Assembly (NCBI RefSeq): GCF_021246445.1
Contig: NZ_JAJQXW010000003.1
Span: 372,001-436,000 of the forward strand
Direction: 5' to 3'
Origin: Rhabdothermincola salaria
GTDB taxonomy: Bacteria; Actinomycetota; Acidimicrobiia; Acidimicrobiales; Acidimicrobilacustridaceae
DNA length: 64,000 bases
The stretch's first letter is position 1; each line of letters opens with the position of its first letter. The notes under the pieces were generated by a model. That model was not told where the DNA came from, searched no databases, and was given only the letters and a program-made list of their open reading frames with translations. The translations under genes were made by a program, and so were the position numbers. Of this stretch, positions 1 through 9,748 are shown in pieces.

Positions 1-597
1 GGCGAACAGGTCGTCCTGGCGCCACATGACGCCCTTGGGCAGGCCGGTGGTGCCCCCGGTGTAGACGAGGTAGAGCTGGTCCGGGCTCCGACCCCAGGGG
101 GGCCGTGTGGGGGTCGGTGGCGGGGCGTCCGGCTCGACGGCCACCGCACCCACGATGTCGGCGTGGTCGGTGGCCCATTCGGGACAGGGGCCGTGGCCGT
201 CGTCCACCCAGATCCAACGCCGCACGCCGGGCACCCGGTCGAGCATCGAGGCGATGGTGTCGGTGAACTCGCCGTGGAAGACCACCGTGCCCACGTCGGC
301 GTTGTCCCACAGGTAGGCCAGCTCGGCCGGCCCGTAGCGGTAGTTGGTGTTGATCGGGGGCAGGCCCAACTTGAAGGCGGCGAACACCGCTTCGAGGTAG
401 GGCGGCGCCGAGTAGAGGTACTGGGCGAAGGTCTCGCCCTCCTCCACGCCCTCGGCGAGGAGCCAGGCGGCCAGCGCGTCGGCCCGCCGCTCGAATTCGG
501 CCCACGTGGAGCGCTCGTCGCCGTGGATCTGGGCGGGGGCGTCGGGGAGGGTGGCGGCCACCGTCTCCCACACGTCGGCGAAGTTCCAGGAGGTCAT
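1..597 (-). CDS. Acyl-CoA synthetase (AMP-binding, FadD19-like), truncated by window edge
   Basis: Manual translation MTSWNFADVWETVAATLPD...NTNYRY...LVYTGGTTGLPKGVMWRQ (AMP-binding P-loop); not in ORF track because it runs off the edge. Confidence 0.9.
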   Translation of the reverse strand, partial: MTSWNFADVWETVAATLPDAPAQIHGDERSTWAEFERRADALAAWLLAEGVEEGETFAQYLYSAPPYLEAVFAAFKLGLPPINTNYRYGPAELAYLWDNADVGTVVFHGEFTDTIASMLDRVPGVRRWIWVDDGHGPCPEWATDHADIVGAVAVEPDAPPPTPTRPPWGRSPDQLYLVYTGGTTGLPKGVMWRQDDLFA

Positions 598-727
598 CGG
601 CGACGATCGTAGACAATATCCAAGATCGACGGGACCGGACGGCCACCGGGAGCCGAGCCCCACCGCGAACGGCGCCGAACGATCGCACCCGGTTCTCCGC
701 CGGGCCGACAACGGGAACATGCCCACC

Positions 728-1021
728 ATGCGTCGCGCCATCACTGCCACAGCCTTCTCCTTCGCGCTGGTGTTGGGGGTGGCCGCCTGCGGGGACGACG
801 ACGGCAGCGGCGGCACCGACACCACCTGCCCCCCGTTCGTCGAGGACGCCGGCAACGAACCGCTGGTCGACGGCGACAACCCGGGCATCCCCGGGGCCGA
901 GGGCGGTCCGGCCGAGGACCCCGACGACATCTCCGCCGCCGGCGGGGCACCCGAGGTCACCGTCACCACGGTCGACGGCGACGGCATCGGGGCGGCCGGG
1001 GCGATCGACCCCGGCTGCTGA
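728..1021 (+). CDS. Small acidic lipoprotein, hypothetical
   Basis: MRRAITATAFSFALVLGVAAC signal peptide with lipobox (VAAC), followed by D/G-rich region. Confidence 0.7.
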   Translation: MRRAITATAFSFALVLGVAACGDDDGSGGTDTTCPPFVEDAGNEPLVDGDNPGIPGAEGGPAEDPDDISAAGGAPEVTVTTVDGDGIGAAGAIDPGC

Positions 1022-1136
1022 GCCTCCCGTCGAGGCCGGTCGGGTGCGGCCGCGCACCGAGCCGCCCCCTCGCCGAGAGCACGGACCCACCCGGAGATGG
1101 AACGTGCGTTCGGTCTGCCGGTACCCTGAGGCCGTG

Positions 1137-1826
1137 GTGCAGTGGCAGTCCTCGCTCTTCGCCGTCGGGCCGGTCGAGCTCGACCCCGCGGCCGCCACCG
1201 AGCGGATCGCGCTCGACGACCACTCGTGGATCGACGTCACCCGCGGGTACCTGCACGGTGCCGACGACCTCTGCGCCGAGCTGGTCGCCACCGTGGGCTG
1301 GAAACAGGGACGGCGCCGCATGTACGACCGCGAGGTCGACGATCCTCGGCTGTCGCACTGGTACCCGGCCGGGGACGCCGTGCCCGACGTGCTCGACGAG
1401 GTCGGCCAGGCGCTCGGTGTCCGCTACGGCCGATCCCTCGGACGCCCGGGACTCAACTTCTACCGCGACGGGCGCGACAGCGTCGCCTTCCACCGCGACC
1501 GCGAGCTGCGCCGGGTCGACGACGCCTTGGTGGCGGTGCTCACGCTCGGCGCTCGACGCTCCTTCCTCGTACGTCCTCGAGGCGGGGGGCGCTCCCTCGA
1601 CCTGGCCCCCTCGTCGGGCGACCTGCTCGTGATGGGCGGCCGGTGCCAGCTCGACTGGGAGCACGGCGTGCCCAAGGTGGCCCGGGCCGGCGCCCGCATC
1701 TCGGCCTCGTGGCGTTGGTCCGGACCGTCCCCGGCCCCACCGGCCACCCCTCGCCGACGCGGCTCCTCCCGCCCCGGCTCAGGAGCGGGTCACGAGGCCA
1801 CCGCCTCCTGGGACAGCACCACGTAG
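1137..1826 (+). CDS. AlkB-like 2OG-Fe(II) dioxygenase
   Basis: NFYRDGRDSVAFHRD (HxD), WEHGVPK, RIS motifs; start uncertain (GTG 1134/1137). Confidence 0.85.
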   Translation: MQWQSSLFAVGPVELDPAAATERIALDDHSWIDVTRGYLHGADDLCAELVATVGWKQGRRRMYDREVDDPRLSHWYPAGDAVPDVLDEVGQALGVRYGRSLGRPGLNFYRDGRDSVAFHRDRELRRVDDALVAVLTLGARRSFLVRPRGGGRSLDLAPSSGDLLVMGGRCQLDWEHGVPKVARAGARISASWRWSGPSPAPPATPRRRGSSRPGSGAGHEATASWDSTT

Positions 1827-2656
1827 TAGGCGTCGGCCGCCGCCGTCCACCGGGACTGGAGCTCCTGGAAGCGGGCCTGGGCCCGGGCCCCCGCCCAGTC
1901 GGGCGGCAGCAGCTCCGGCGGCAGGGCCGGATCGATGCTGAGCAGGTGGCGCCACTCGTGGGCGAGGCGGGTCCGCAGGGCGAACGCCTCGCGCTCGTCG
2001 GTCGGCTCGGCGTCGGCGAACTCGGCGAGGAAGCGCTCGTGGGCGGCGGCCGCCCCCTCGAGGTCCCATGCCCGGGCCACCACCTCGGAGGGGCTCTCGG
2101 AGGTCTCGGTGGGCACCGCGGTGAAGAACACGGCCTGGTCCTCGAGGTCGAGCTCCCCGAGCACGACGCGGGCACCCGCCTCGGCCCGCTGGTCGGCCGC
2201 CACCCACAGGCCCGGGCCGAGCGACCCGAAGCCCTCGAAGTCGAGGCCGGCGGCCAGACGCTCACGGGAACGCCGATCGGGTGGGGCGCCGGTGAGGCTG
2301 GCCAGGAGGAAGTGGCCATCCCAGGACCGGTCGGCCACCAGGGAGCGGCTGAGGCGGGACCAGGCCGACTCGAGGAGGCGGCGGCCGGCCGGCGACAGCG
2401 ACCAGCGCGTGTAGCGGCCGACGGACTCGCCCACCAGCCACCCGTCGCTGGCAGTGCGGTTCACGGCCTGGCGGGCGGCTCGCTCCTCCACCCCCAGCGC
2501 CTCCAGGCCACGCACGAGGGTGGACGTCCACACCGGCTCGTCGCGGGGCACCATGTACTGGCCCAGGATGCCCACCAACAGCGCGCGGGCGCTGGGCCCG
2601 CCGTCGGAACGACGGCGGGTGGCGGTGACCACGACGCCGGACCCGGACCCACTCAT
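1790..2656 (-). CDS. PaaX family transcriptional regulator
   Basis: SARALLVGILG...LGVEERAARQA HTH, WDG, GFGSLGPGLW, DPALPPELLPPDWAG C-terminal signature. Confidence 0.9.
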   Translation of the reverse strand: MSGSGSGVVVTATRRRSDGGPSARALLVGILGQYMVPRDEPVWTSTLVRGLEALGVEERAARQAVNRTASDGWLVGESVGRYTRWSLSPAGRRLLESAWSRLSRSLVADRSWDGHFLLASLTGAPPDRRSRERLAAGLDFEGFGSLGPGLWVAADQRAEAGARVVLGELDLEDQAVFFTAVPTETSESPSEVVARAWDLEGAAAAHERFLAEFADAEPTDEREAFALRTRLAHEWRHLLSIDPALPPELLPPDWAGARAQARFQELQSRWTAAADAYYVVLSQEAVAS

Positions 2657-2715
2657 GGCTCGTGATCGTAGAGCCCGCCGCCCGGGGAGCGATCCCGGTC
2701 GGCGAGACTGGGGCC

Positions 2716-3348
2716 ATGGCCGACGACGACACCCCCGACCGCACCGCCGGCGACGGTGGTCGCCCTCGCTCGGCGGAGTGGTCCCAGTGGCGTCGCCGGG
2801 TCGACCTCGACGACTACGACGCCCGCTGGCAGCGCATGGCCGCGGCGGGCCAGAACCCCCACGGCGAAGCCGATCTCGTCATGGGCTTCGAACCGTCGAG
2901 CGCCCTCGACGCCGGCTGCGGCACCGGGCGGGTGGCCGTGGAGCTGGCCCGGCGAGGCGTCGACGCCGCCGGGGTGGACCTCGACCCCGACCTGCTGGCG
3001 CGGGCTCGGGCCAAGGCCCCGGACCTGCTCTGGGCCCACGCCGACCTGGCCGAGCTCGACCTCGGCCGCCGCTTCGACGTGGTGGTGGCCGCCGGCAACG
3101 TGGTGGGCTTCGTCGTCGCCGAGCACCGCCCTGCCGCGGTGGCCGCCTGCGCCGCCCACCTCGAACCAGGCGGCCGCCTCGTCGCCGGGTTCCAGCTGCG
3201 GGCGGGCTGGCCGACCCTCGACGAGTACGACCGCTGGTGTGCCGCGGCGGGCCTCGCCCTCGAGGCCCGTTACGCCACGTGGGATCGACAGCCGCTCGGC
3301 CCGGCACCCGACTACGCCGTGTCGGTCCACCGCAGGGCATCGGACTGA
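2716..3348 (+). CDS. Class I SAM-dependent methyltransferase
   Basis: LDAGCGTGR motif I, GVDLD, FDVVVAAGNV, HLEPGGRL. Confidence 0.9.
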   Translation: MADDDTPDRTAGDGGRPRSAEWSQWRRRVDLDDYDARWQRMAAAGQNPHGEADLVMGFEPSSALDAGCGTGRVAVELARRGVDAAGVDLDPDLLARARAKAPDLLWAHADLAELDLGRRFDVVVAAGNVVGFVVAEHRPAAVAACAAHLEPGGRLVAGFQLRAGWPTLDEYDRWCAAAGLALEARYATWDRQPLGPAPDYAVSVHRRASD

Positions 3349-4418
3349 GCGGCGGCGAACTCCTCGCGGTCCACCACGGCGTCGACCAACTCCCACGCCC
3401 GGGCCACCTCGGCGCCGATCGTCTGCCCGGTGAGGGCCAGGTGAGCGGTGCGCTGGCGGCCGATGCGGCGGGGGATGCTGGCCGTGCCGCCGGCGCCCGG
3501 GACCAGGCCCATGGACACCTCGGGGAGGCGGAAGGTGGCGTCGTCGCGGGCCACCACCCGACGGGCGAACGCCGCCCACTCGCAGCCCGCCCCCACGGCT
3601 GCGCCGTGCACGTGGACCACCAGCCGTTCGCCGCACCGGGTCAGGTCGAGCGCCGGGGATCGGGTGGTGCGAACGAGGTGGGCGGTGACCGGGTCGGGCG
3701 CCGATCCGAACTCGTCGAGGTCGCCGCCGGCGCAGAACGAGGGGCCTCGACCCCACAGGTGCACCTCGGCGACGGTGGGGTCGGTCAGGGCGACGGCCAG
3801 GGCCTCGTGCACACCGTCGCGGAGCCCGGCGCTCACTGCGTTGCGACGTGCGGCCCGGTCGAGGTGCACGTCGAGACGGCGGCCGGACCGAGCCACCTGC
3901 ACCGACGCCTCGGCGGCGGCGCCGCCACCGGGAGCAGGACGCGACCGGAGCCAGCCCTGGTGGTCGGGCCCGGCCTGCAGCATCGAGTAGACCCACGACT
4001 CGGCCACCACGGCCTCGGCCACGGACAGGTGGATGCCCGCTCGCAGCAGCTGCACCAGCGCCACCGCGGCCGCCGGCGAGGCGGCCACGCCGGCGGCGAG
4101 AGCGTCGACCTCGGCCCTCGGGTCGTCGGCCAGCACCGCCGAGCGAGGGACGCCCCCCGGGGGGTCGAAGTCCGCCCGGGCCACGACCACGTCGAAGCGG
4201 TCGAGGATGTGCGCCGGCGGGGAGGCCCCTTCGACCACCCCGACCACCACGGCCGGGGCGCCGATCACCGCCATGGCGGCGGCGTGGGTGGCGTCGTCGT
4301 CCGTGGCCGCCACCGCCACCATCGGCCGTCCGAACGGCACGCCCAGCGTCTCGCCCAGGCCGGGGGCCAGCAGGGCGGCGGCCTCGGTCGCGTCGAGCAG
4401 TGCGGTGCGATCAGCCAT
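3312..4418 (-). CDS. Enoyl-CoA hydratase/isomerase family protein with N-terminal extension
   Basis: FCAGGDL, HGAAVGAG, LPEVSMGLVPGAGGT crotonase motifs in C-terminal half. Confidence 0.85.
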   Translation of the reverse strand: MADRTALLDATEAAALLAPGLGETLGVPFGRPMVAVAATDDDATHAAAMAVIGAPAVVVGVVEGASPPAHILDRFDVVVARADFDPPGGVPRSAVLADDPRAEVDALAAGVAASPAAAVALVQLLRAGIHLSVAEAVVAESWVYSMLQAGPDHQGWLRSRPAPGGGAAAEASVQVARSGRRLDVHLDRAARRNAVSAGLRDGVHEALAVALTDPTVAEVHLWGRGPSFCAGGDLDEFGSAPDPVTAHLVRTTRSPALDLTRCGERLVVHVHGAAVGAGCEWAAFARRVVARDDATFRLPEVSMGLVPGAGGTASIPRRIGRQRTAHLALTGQTIGAEVARAWELVDAVVDREEFAAAQSDALRWTDTA

Positions 4419-5862
4419 GCACGATGTTCCCATCGATGACGGTGGCTCTCACCAACCCCTCGGTCGGGCCGCCGTCCACCTCCCGTCGGGGGACGCCGAG
4501 CACGCAGAGGTCGGCGGGGGCGCCGACCTCCAGCCGACGGATGGGGCCGTCGGGCGCGAGGGGGTCGCGCAGGAAGCCGTCGAGGGCGACGACGGGGGCG
4601 ACCGCCTCGGCCGATCCGAGCGGGGCCCCGGTCCGGGTACGCCGGTCACGAGCCGCCCGCAGGGCGGCCCAGGGGTCGACCGACGCCACCGGGGCGTCGC
4701 TGCCGAGGGCGACGACGACCCCGGCCGCCCGCAACGAGGCGTGGCGGTACAGCGCCGAGCGGTCGGCGGGGTCCACCTCGGCGAGATAGTGGTCGCCTCG
4801 CTCGTGGACGAACGCCGGTTGGGTGACCACCACCACGCGGTGGGCGGACAGCGCGGGGTCGAGCTCCGGCGGGAGCACCGAGGCGTGCTCGAGGCGATCG
4901 CCGGGGAGGGCGCCGGCGGCGAGCAGGGCCGACACGGTCACCACGCACTCGGCCCGGGTGACGCAGTGGACGGCCACCCGGCGGTGCTGGCGGTGGGCGG
5001 CGGCGATCGCCTCGACCATGGCGTCGGGGTCGAGGCCGGCGTGCTCGTCGGCGACCAGCTTGACCGGCCCGAGGCGAGCCCAGGGGTCGAGCCCGCGCCC
5101 GTCCGCGCGGCCCAGCAGCACCACCCGTTGGGGGAGGCAGCCGGTCGCGACGGCCTCGCGGAGCACGCCGACGGCCGCGTCGTCGAGCACCGGGGTGGTG
5201 TCGGTGACCCCGGTGACGCCGAGGGCGGCCAGCCGGGACCCGACCGGGCCCAGGTCCGGCGGGATTCGCCCCACCCGCCGACCCAGCCAGTCGTCGAGGC
5301 GGTGCAGCCACCCCGTGGCCGCCCGGTCCGCGGCCCGCTCCACCCCCGGTGTCGGGTCGGTGCCGGCCAGTCCCTCGGGATCGAGGCCCACGGCCCGCAG
5401 CCCGGGCGTCGACAGCACCCACGACAGCCCGCTGCGGTGCTGCACCCGCACTCTGGCGCCGGGCGCCACCGCATCGAGTCGCGCCCGGTCGAGCGGTCCG
5501 TGGCGGTGCTCGTCGTACCCGCCGGCGCGCACCCACCCCGGCGAGGAGGAAGCACCGGCGCCGGCGGCCGCGGCGGCTGCGGCTGCGGCTGCGGCTGCGG
5601 CCAGGGCGGCGTCGGCCTCGTCGGGGGTGGCGGCGTGGTCGAGGTCGACCGAGGCCATGCGGGCGGCGAGGGCCAGCAGGTGGAGGTGGTGGTCGTGCAG
5701 CCCGGGGAGCACCGCACCGCCGGCGGCGTCGAGCACCTCGGCACCGGCCCGGTCGATGTCGGCGTCGGGTCCGATGGCCACGATCCGACCGGCTTCCGTG
5801 CGCAGCGACCAGCCCGGCCTCCCCTCGACCTCGGCGCCGACGACCACCAGCGGTGTGGTCAT
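4411..5862 (-). CDS. Amidohydrolase family protein (YtcJ-like)
   Basis: DAAGGAVLPGLHDHHLH, VAVHCV, RLEHAS, ALGSDAP, GAPADL; ATGA overlap with upstream stop at 5859. Confidence 0.9.
   Translation of the reverse strand: MTTPLVVVGAEVEGRPGWSLRTEAGRIVAIGPDADIDRAGAEVLDAAGGAVLPGLHDHHLHLLALAARMASVDLDHAATPDEADAALAAAAAAAAAAAAAGAGASSSPGWVRAGGYDEHRHGPLDRARLDAVAPGARVRVQHRSGLSWVLSTPGLRAVGLDPEGLAGTDPTPGVERAADRAATGWLHRLDDWLGRRVGRIPPDLGPVGSRLAALGVTGVTDTTPVLDDAAVGVLREAVATGCLPQRVVLLGRADGRGLDPWARLGPVKLVADEHAGLDPDAMVEAIAAAHRQHRRVAVHCVTRAECVVTVSALLAAGALPGDRLEHASVLPPELDPALSAHRVVVVTQPAFVHERGDHYLAEVDPADRSALYRHASLRAAGVVVALGSDAPVASVDPWAALRAARDRRTRTGAPLGSAEAVAPVVALDGFLRDPLAPDGPIRRLEVGAPADLCVLGVPRREVDGGPTEGLVRATVIDGNIVHG
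5575..5600. repeat. (GGCTGC)x4 hexamer microsatellite within a poly-Ala tract of the amidohydrolase
   Basis: ggctgcggctgcggctgcggctgcgg seen directly. Confidence 0.8.
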
Positions 5863-7016
5863 CCGGCGTCCTCGCGATCGCGTCCGGGCGTCGATGCCGC
5901 GGCGCGGGCGACCTCGCGCAGGGCCACGTCGACGACCGCTCCCCCGCCCGCGGCCCACGACGACGCCGCGGCGGCGGCGGCCACCAGCCCGGCGAGGGGG
6001 TCGGCCACCGCGTCGCCGACGAAGGTCGGCACCCCATCGGCGTCGCGCCGCACCAGCCCACCGGCCGCCGCCGCGTCGTCGCCGAAGCCCACCCGGTTGC
6101 GCCAGGGTCCGGTGCGGCCGTAGGCCGTGATCGACACCCACACCCGCCCCGGCCCGCCCGCCACGACCGCCGCGGGCTCGATGCCCATCTGCTCGAGGGC
6201 TCGGGGACGCGAGCCCTCGATGACCACGTCGGCGGCGGTCAGCAGGTCGGCCAGCGCCCGGCGCCCCTCGGTGCTCGCCAGCGGCAGGGCGAGGTGGCGC
6301 TTGTCCCCGTTGAGGTGATCGAAGAACGCGGGCGAGCCGCGGCGGGCGCCGTCCGGACGGGTGGTGGACTCCACCTTCACCACCTCCATCCCGAGCGCGG
6401 CCAGCAGCCGCCCGCACAACGGTCCGGCCCACAGCGACGACAGGTCGACCACCCGCGCCGGGGTCGCCTCCCCCCGGCTGCGGTCCGCCCCCGGACCGAC
6501 ACGGGTGGCCACGTGGGTGCGGCTGGGGTCGAGCATCCCCCGGTCGACCAGCTGGGCATCGCCCACGTGCCGACCGGCGTCGTCGTCGGGGACGGCGGCC
6601 ACGGCCAGGCCGACCAGCTGGCCCTGCTCGACGACGTCGAGGGTCGGTCGCCGGCGTACGGCCTCCCCCACGGCTCGCCAGAGCGCCGGTGAGCGGACCG
6701 GTCCGTCGGGGTCGATCCCCAGCCAGGCCGGCAGCAGGTGGACGTCGTCGTGGCGCGCCAGGTTGGCCGCCACCCAACCGTCGGCCGTGGCCATGATCCG
6801 GCACGATCCGCCGGGCGACACCGGACCGGCCGGCCGGTGCCCGAGCAGGGTGGCCCGTTCGAGCAGCACGGCCCCCGCCTGGTCCGGGTCGAACGGCGCC
6901 GCCCGACCGAGCCGGCGAGCGGTGGCGGCCAGCTCGGCCAGCGCCCGGCGGGCGACGGCCTCGGCCGGGGCAAGGCCGGGCCAGCCGTCAGGAGGTGAGG
7001 TCGGCGAGAACCTCAC
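5859..7016 (-). CDS. CaiB/BaiF family III CoA-transferase
   Basis: VVDLSSLWAGP, VVKVES..RPDGAR, ADVVIEGSRPRAL, VGFGDDAA; start uncertain (in-frame GTG at 7016 or 6869). Confidence 0.85.
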   Translation of the reverse strand: MRFSPTSPPDGWPGLAPAEAVARRALAELAATARRLGRAAPFDPDQAGAVLLERATLLGHRPAGPVSPGGSCRIMATADGWVAANLARHDDVHLLPAWLGIDPDGPVRSPALWRAVGEAVRRRPTLDVVEQGQLVGLAVAAVPDDDAGRHVGDAQLVDRGMLDPSRTHVATRVGPGADRSRGEATPARVVDLSSLWAGPLCGRLLAALGMEVVKVESTTRPDGARRGSPAFFDHLNGDKRHLALPLASTEGRRALADLLTAADVVIEGSRPRALEQMGIEPAAVVAGGPGRVWVSITAYGRTGPWRNRVGFGDDAAAAGGLVRRDADGVPTFVGDAVADPLAGLVAAAAAASSWAAGGGAVVDVALREVARAAASTPGRDREDAG

Positions 7017-8475
7017 GGCGCAGCAGCTTCCCGGTGGGGGTGCGCGGGAGCTCGTCGCGGAAGACGACGAGCTCGGGGGTCTTGGAGCCCCGCAGGTGCA
7101 CCCGGGCGTAGGCCTGCACGGCGTCGACGTCGAGGCTGGCACCGGAGCGGACCACGACGACCGCGGCGATGCGCTGACCCCACTCGTCGTCGGGCACGCC
7201 CACCACGACGACGTCGTCGATGGCGTCGTGGCCGGCGAGCACGTCCTCGATCTCGGCCGGGGCGATGTTCTCGCCTCCCCGGATGATCGTGTCGTCCGCC
7301 CGTCCCTCGATGAACAGGAAGCCGTCCGGGTCGACCCACCCGCGGTCCTTGGTGGGGAACCACCCTTCGTCGTCGAGCACGCTGCCCCCGGCGTACTCGC
7401 CCGAGACCTGCTCGCCGCGCAGGAACACCAGGCCGGCTTCGCCGGCGGGCAGCACCTGGCCGAGCTCGTCGCGGACCTCGACCTCGATGCCGGGCAGCAG
7501 CTTGCCGACCGAGCCCAGCCGGGTGCGGGCGACGGGGTCACCGGCACGCGCCGCGGCGTGGTCGTCGGGGCCCAGCAGGGCGATGGTGGAGGAGGTCTCG
7601 GTGAGCCCGTAGGCGTTGACGAACCCGGTGCCCTCGAACGCCTCGAGGGCCTGTTCGAGCACCGGCAGCGGCATGCGGCTGCCGCCGTAGGACAACGTGG
7701 CCAGCGAGGGCACGTCGGCCGGGGCGCCCTCGAGGTGGTGCACCACCCGGGCCAACATGGTGGGCACGACCATGGCCTGGGTGATGCCCTGGTCGCGCAC
7801 GGTGTCGAGCCACACCTGGGGGTCGAACGCCCCCAGGTAGACGATGCGTCGTCCGGCGTAGAGGTTCGACAGCAGGTTCGCCAAGCCGGCGATGTGGTAG
7901 GGCGGCACCGACACCAGCGCGGCCTGGTGCTCCTCGGCGGCGGCGAACTCGACCGTGCCCAGGACGTACGCGGTGAGGTGGCGGTGCCGCAGCAGGGCGG
8001 CCTTGGGCGCACCCGACGTGCCCGAGGTGTAGAGCACGACGGCCACGTCCTCGGGGTCGACGAACCCGGGCAGCTCGACCTGCGCATCGGGGTCGTCGCC
8101 ACCGGCGCCCGCCACCAGCTCTCGCCGGTCGATGGTGCGCGCCGGGTCGGCGCCGACCACGGGCAGCACCTCGGCCACCAGCAACGCGCCCGGGTGGGCC
8201 CGCACCAGCGGCTCGAGCTGTTCGGCCCCCAACCGGTAGTTGAGCGGGATGAACGGCACGCCGGCCAGGGACGCCCCGAACAAGGCGACCGGGAACGATG
8301 CGTCGTTGGTGCCGCAGTACACCACCGAGTCGGCCCCCTCGGCGGCGACCCGCCGGGCGAAGCGGGTCGCGGTGTCGGCCAGCGCGTCGAAGGTCAGGGA
8401 CACGTCACCGTCGGCGACCGCGTCGCGGCCGACCAACGTCGAACCGGCCATCTCCAACAACAACCCCAGGTTCAC
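6988..8475 (-). CDS. Long-chain fatty acid--CoA ligase (AMP-binding)
   Basis: YTSGTSGAPK, AYGLTET, GRADDTIIRGGENI, PRTPTGK. Confidence 0.95.
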   Translation of the reverse strand: MNLGLLLEMAGSTLVGRDAVADGDVSLTFDALADTATRFARRVAAEGADSVVYCGTNDASFPVALFGASLAGVPFIPLNYRLGAEQLEPLVRAHPGALLVAEVLPVVGADPARTIDRRELVAGAGGDDPDAQVELPGFVDPEDVAVVLYTSGTSGAPKAALLRHRHLTAYVLGTVEFAAAEEHQAALVSVPPYHIAGLANLLSNLYAGRRIVYLGAFDPQVWLDTVRDQGITQAMVVPTMLARVVHHLEGAPADVPSLATLSYGGSRMPLPVLEQALEAFEGTGFVNAYGLTETSSTIALLGPDDHAAARAGDPVARTRLGSVGKLLPGIEVEVRDELGQVLPAGEAGLVFLRGEQVSGEYAGGSVLDDEGWFPTKDRGWVDPDGFLFIEGRADDTIIRGGENIAPAEIEDVLAGHDAIDDVVVVGVPDDEWGQRIAAVVVVRSGASLDVDAVQAYARVHLRGSKTPELVVFRDELPRTPTGKLLRREVLADLTS

Positions 8476-8488
8476 GGCGAGGCCCCGA

Positions 8489-8794
8489 TCAGTCCGACGA
8501 CGGCAGCGGCTTGGCGCCCTTCACCGGCATCGGGCGGCCGGCGCACGCCAGGGCTCCTTCGCCGGCCTTGGAGCACAGCACCTCGAGCCCCGACTCCTCG
8601 TCGCTGTAGCGCTTGCCGACCAACGTGGGGTCGCCGCCCGGATCGGCATGGCCGCCGCCGGGACGCTCGTCGCCCGGGTCCCCCACGGCCACGCCACCAC
8701 AGGTCACCTCGACCGGAGCCGACGGCGGACGCACCACCACGAGCTCGGTCGCACATGTCGGGCACGCCAACCGCTGTCCTGCCTTGATCTCCAT
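8489..8794 (-). CDS. Small Cys-rich protein with two desulforedoxin-like half repeats
   Basis: MEIKAGQRLACPTCATELVVV...VTCGG and GKRYSDEESGLEVLCSKAGEGALACAG; GGAG SD upstream. Confidence 0.75.
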   Translation of the reverse strand: MEIKAGQRLACPTCATELVVVRPPSAPVEVTCGGVAVGDPGDERPGGGHADPGGDPTLVGKRYSDEESGLEVLCSKAGEGALACAGRPMPVKGAKPLPSSD

Positions 8795-8976
8795 GCTCTC
8801 CTGATCCTTCGTCGTGAGGCCCTGTGCACAGTACCGTCGGCCCGCCCCCCTCTCTGCCCTCGCCGCCGGCACCGCGGTCCGGGCGATCGTCGTCGGGCAC
8901 GCGCCCGGGCCCGGCCGACCTACGATCCAGCAGCCCGGTGAGCACCGGGACCAGAGGCACGAGGGGGCTCTTCCAC

Positions 8977-9744
8977 ATGGGTGACGGTCTGCGGCGGTTC
9001 GAGGACAAGGTGGCACTGATCACCGGCGCCGGCTCCGGCATCGGGCGAGCCACCGCCGCCCGCCTCGCCGCCGAGGGGGCCAAGGTGCTGGCCCTCGACA
9101 TCAGCGAGGCCGGCCTGGTGGGCACGGCCGAGCTGGTGAGCGCCGAGGGGGGCGGCACCATCGAGACCCTCGTCACCGACGTGAGCGACCCCGACGCCTG
9201 CCGCTCCGCGGTGCAGACCGCAGTCGACACCTTCGGCCGCCTCGACGTGCTCGGCAACGTGGCCGGCATCGCCCGGGGCGAGCACGTCACCGACACGACG
9301 GTCGAGGGCTACCGCAAGATGTTCGGGGTGAACACCGACGGCCCGTTCTTCATGAGCCAGGCCGCCATCCCCCACCTGATCGAATCCGACGGCAACATCG
9401 TCAACATCGCCTCCAACGCCGGGCTCATGGGTGGCGCCTACACGGTCGTGTACTGCATGACCAAGGGCGCGGTGGTGCAGCTCACCCGGGCGCTGGCCAT
9501 GGAGCTGGCCAAGACCAAGGTCCGGGTCAACGCCATCGCACCGGGCGGCATCGAGTCCAGCCTCACCAAGGGCTACGAGATGCCTCCCGACGTCGACTTC
9601 GACCTCGTGCAGCGCTACATGGGCTTTCGGGGCATGGGCAGCCCCGACGACATCGCCGTGCTCTTCGCCCTGGTGGCCTCCGACGAGGGCCGCAACATCC
9701 ACGGCGCCATCTTGTCGAGCGACCTCGGCATCACCACCGGCTGA
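8977..9744 (+). CDS. Short-chain dehydrogenase/reductase (SDR)
   Basis: [17 protein letters not shown] (YxxxK), RVNAIAPG. Confidence 0.95.
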   Translation: MGDGLRRFEDKVALITGAGSGIGRATAARLAAEGAKVLALDISEAGLVGTAELVSAEGGGTIETLVTDVSDPDACRSAVQTAVDTFGRLDVLGNVAGIARGEHVTDTTVEGYRKMFGVNTDGPFFMSQAAIPHLIESDGNIVNIASNAGLMGGAYTVVYCMTKGAVVQLTRALAMELAKTKVRVNAIAPGGIESSLTKGYEMPPDVDFDLVQRYMGFRGMGSPDDIAVLFALVASDEGRNIHGAILSSDLGITTG

Positions 9745-9748
9745 CACG

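Noticed and set aside
6869..7016. Programmed frameshift joining the CoA ligase and CoA-transferase
   Set aside because: No slippery sequence seen, and in-frame GTG starts at 7016 and 6869 explain the gene
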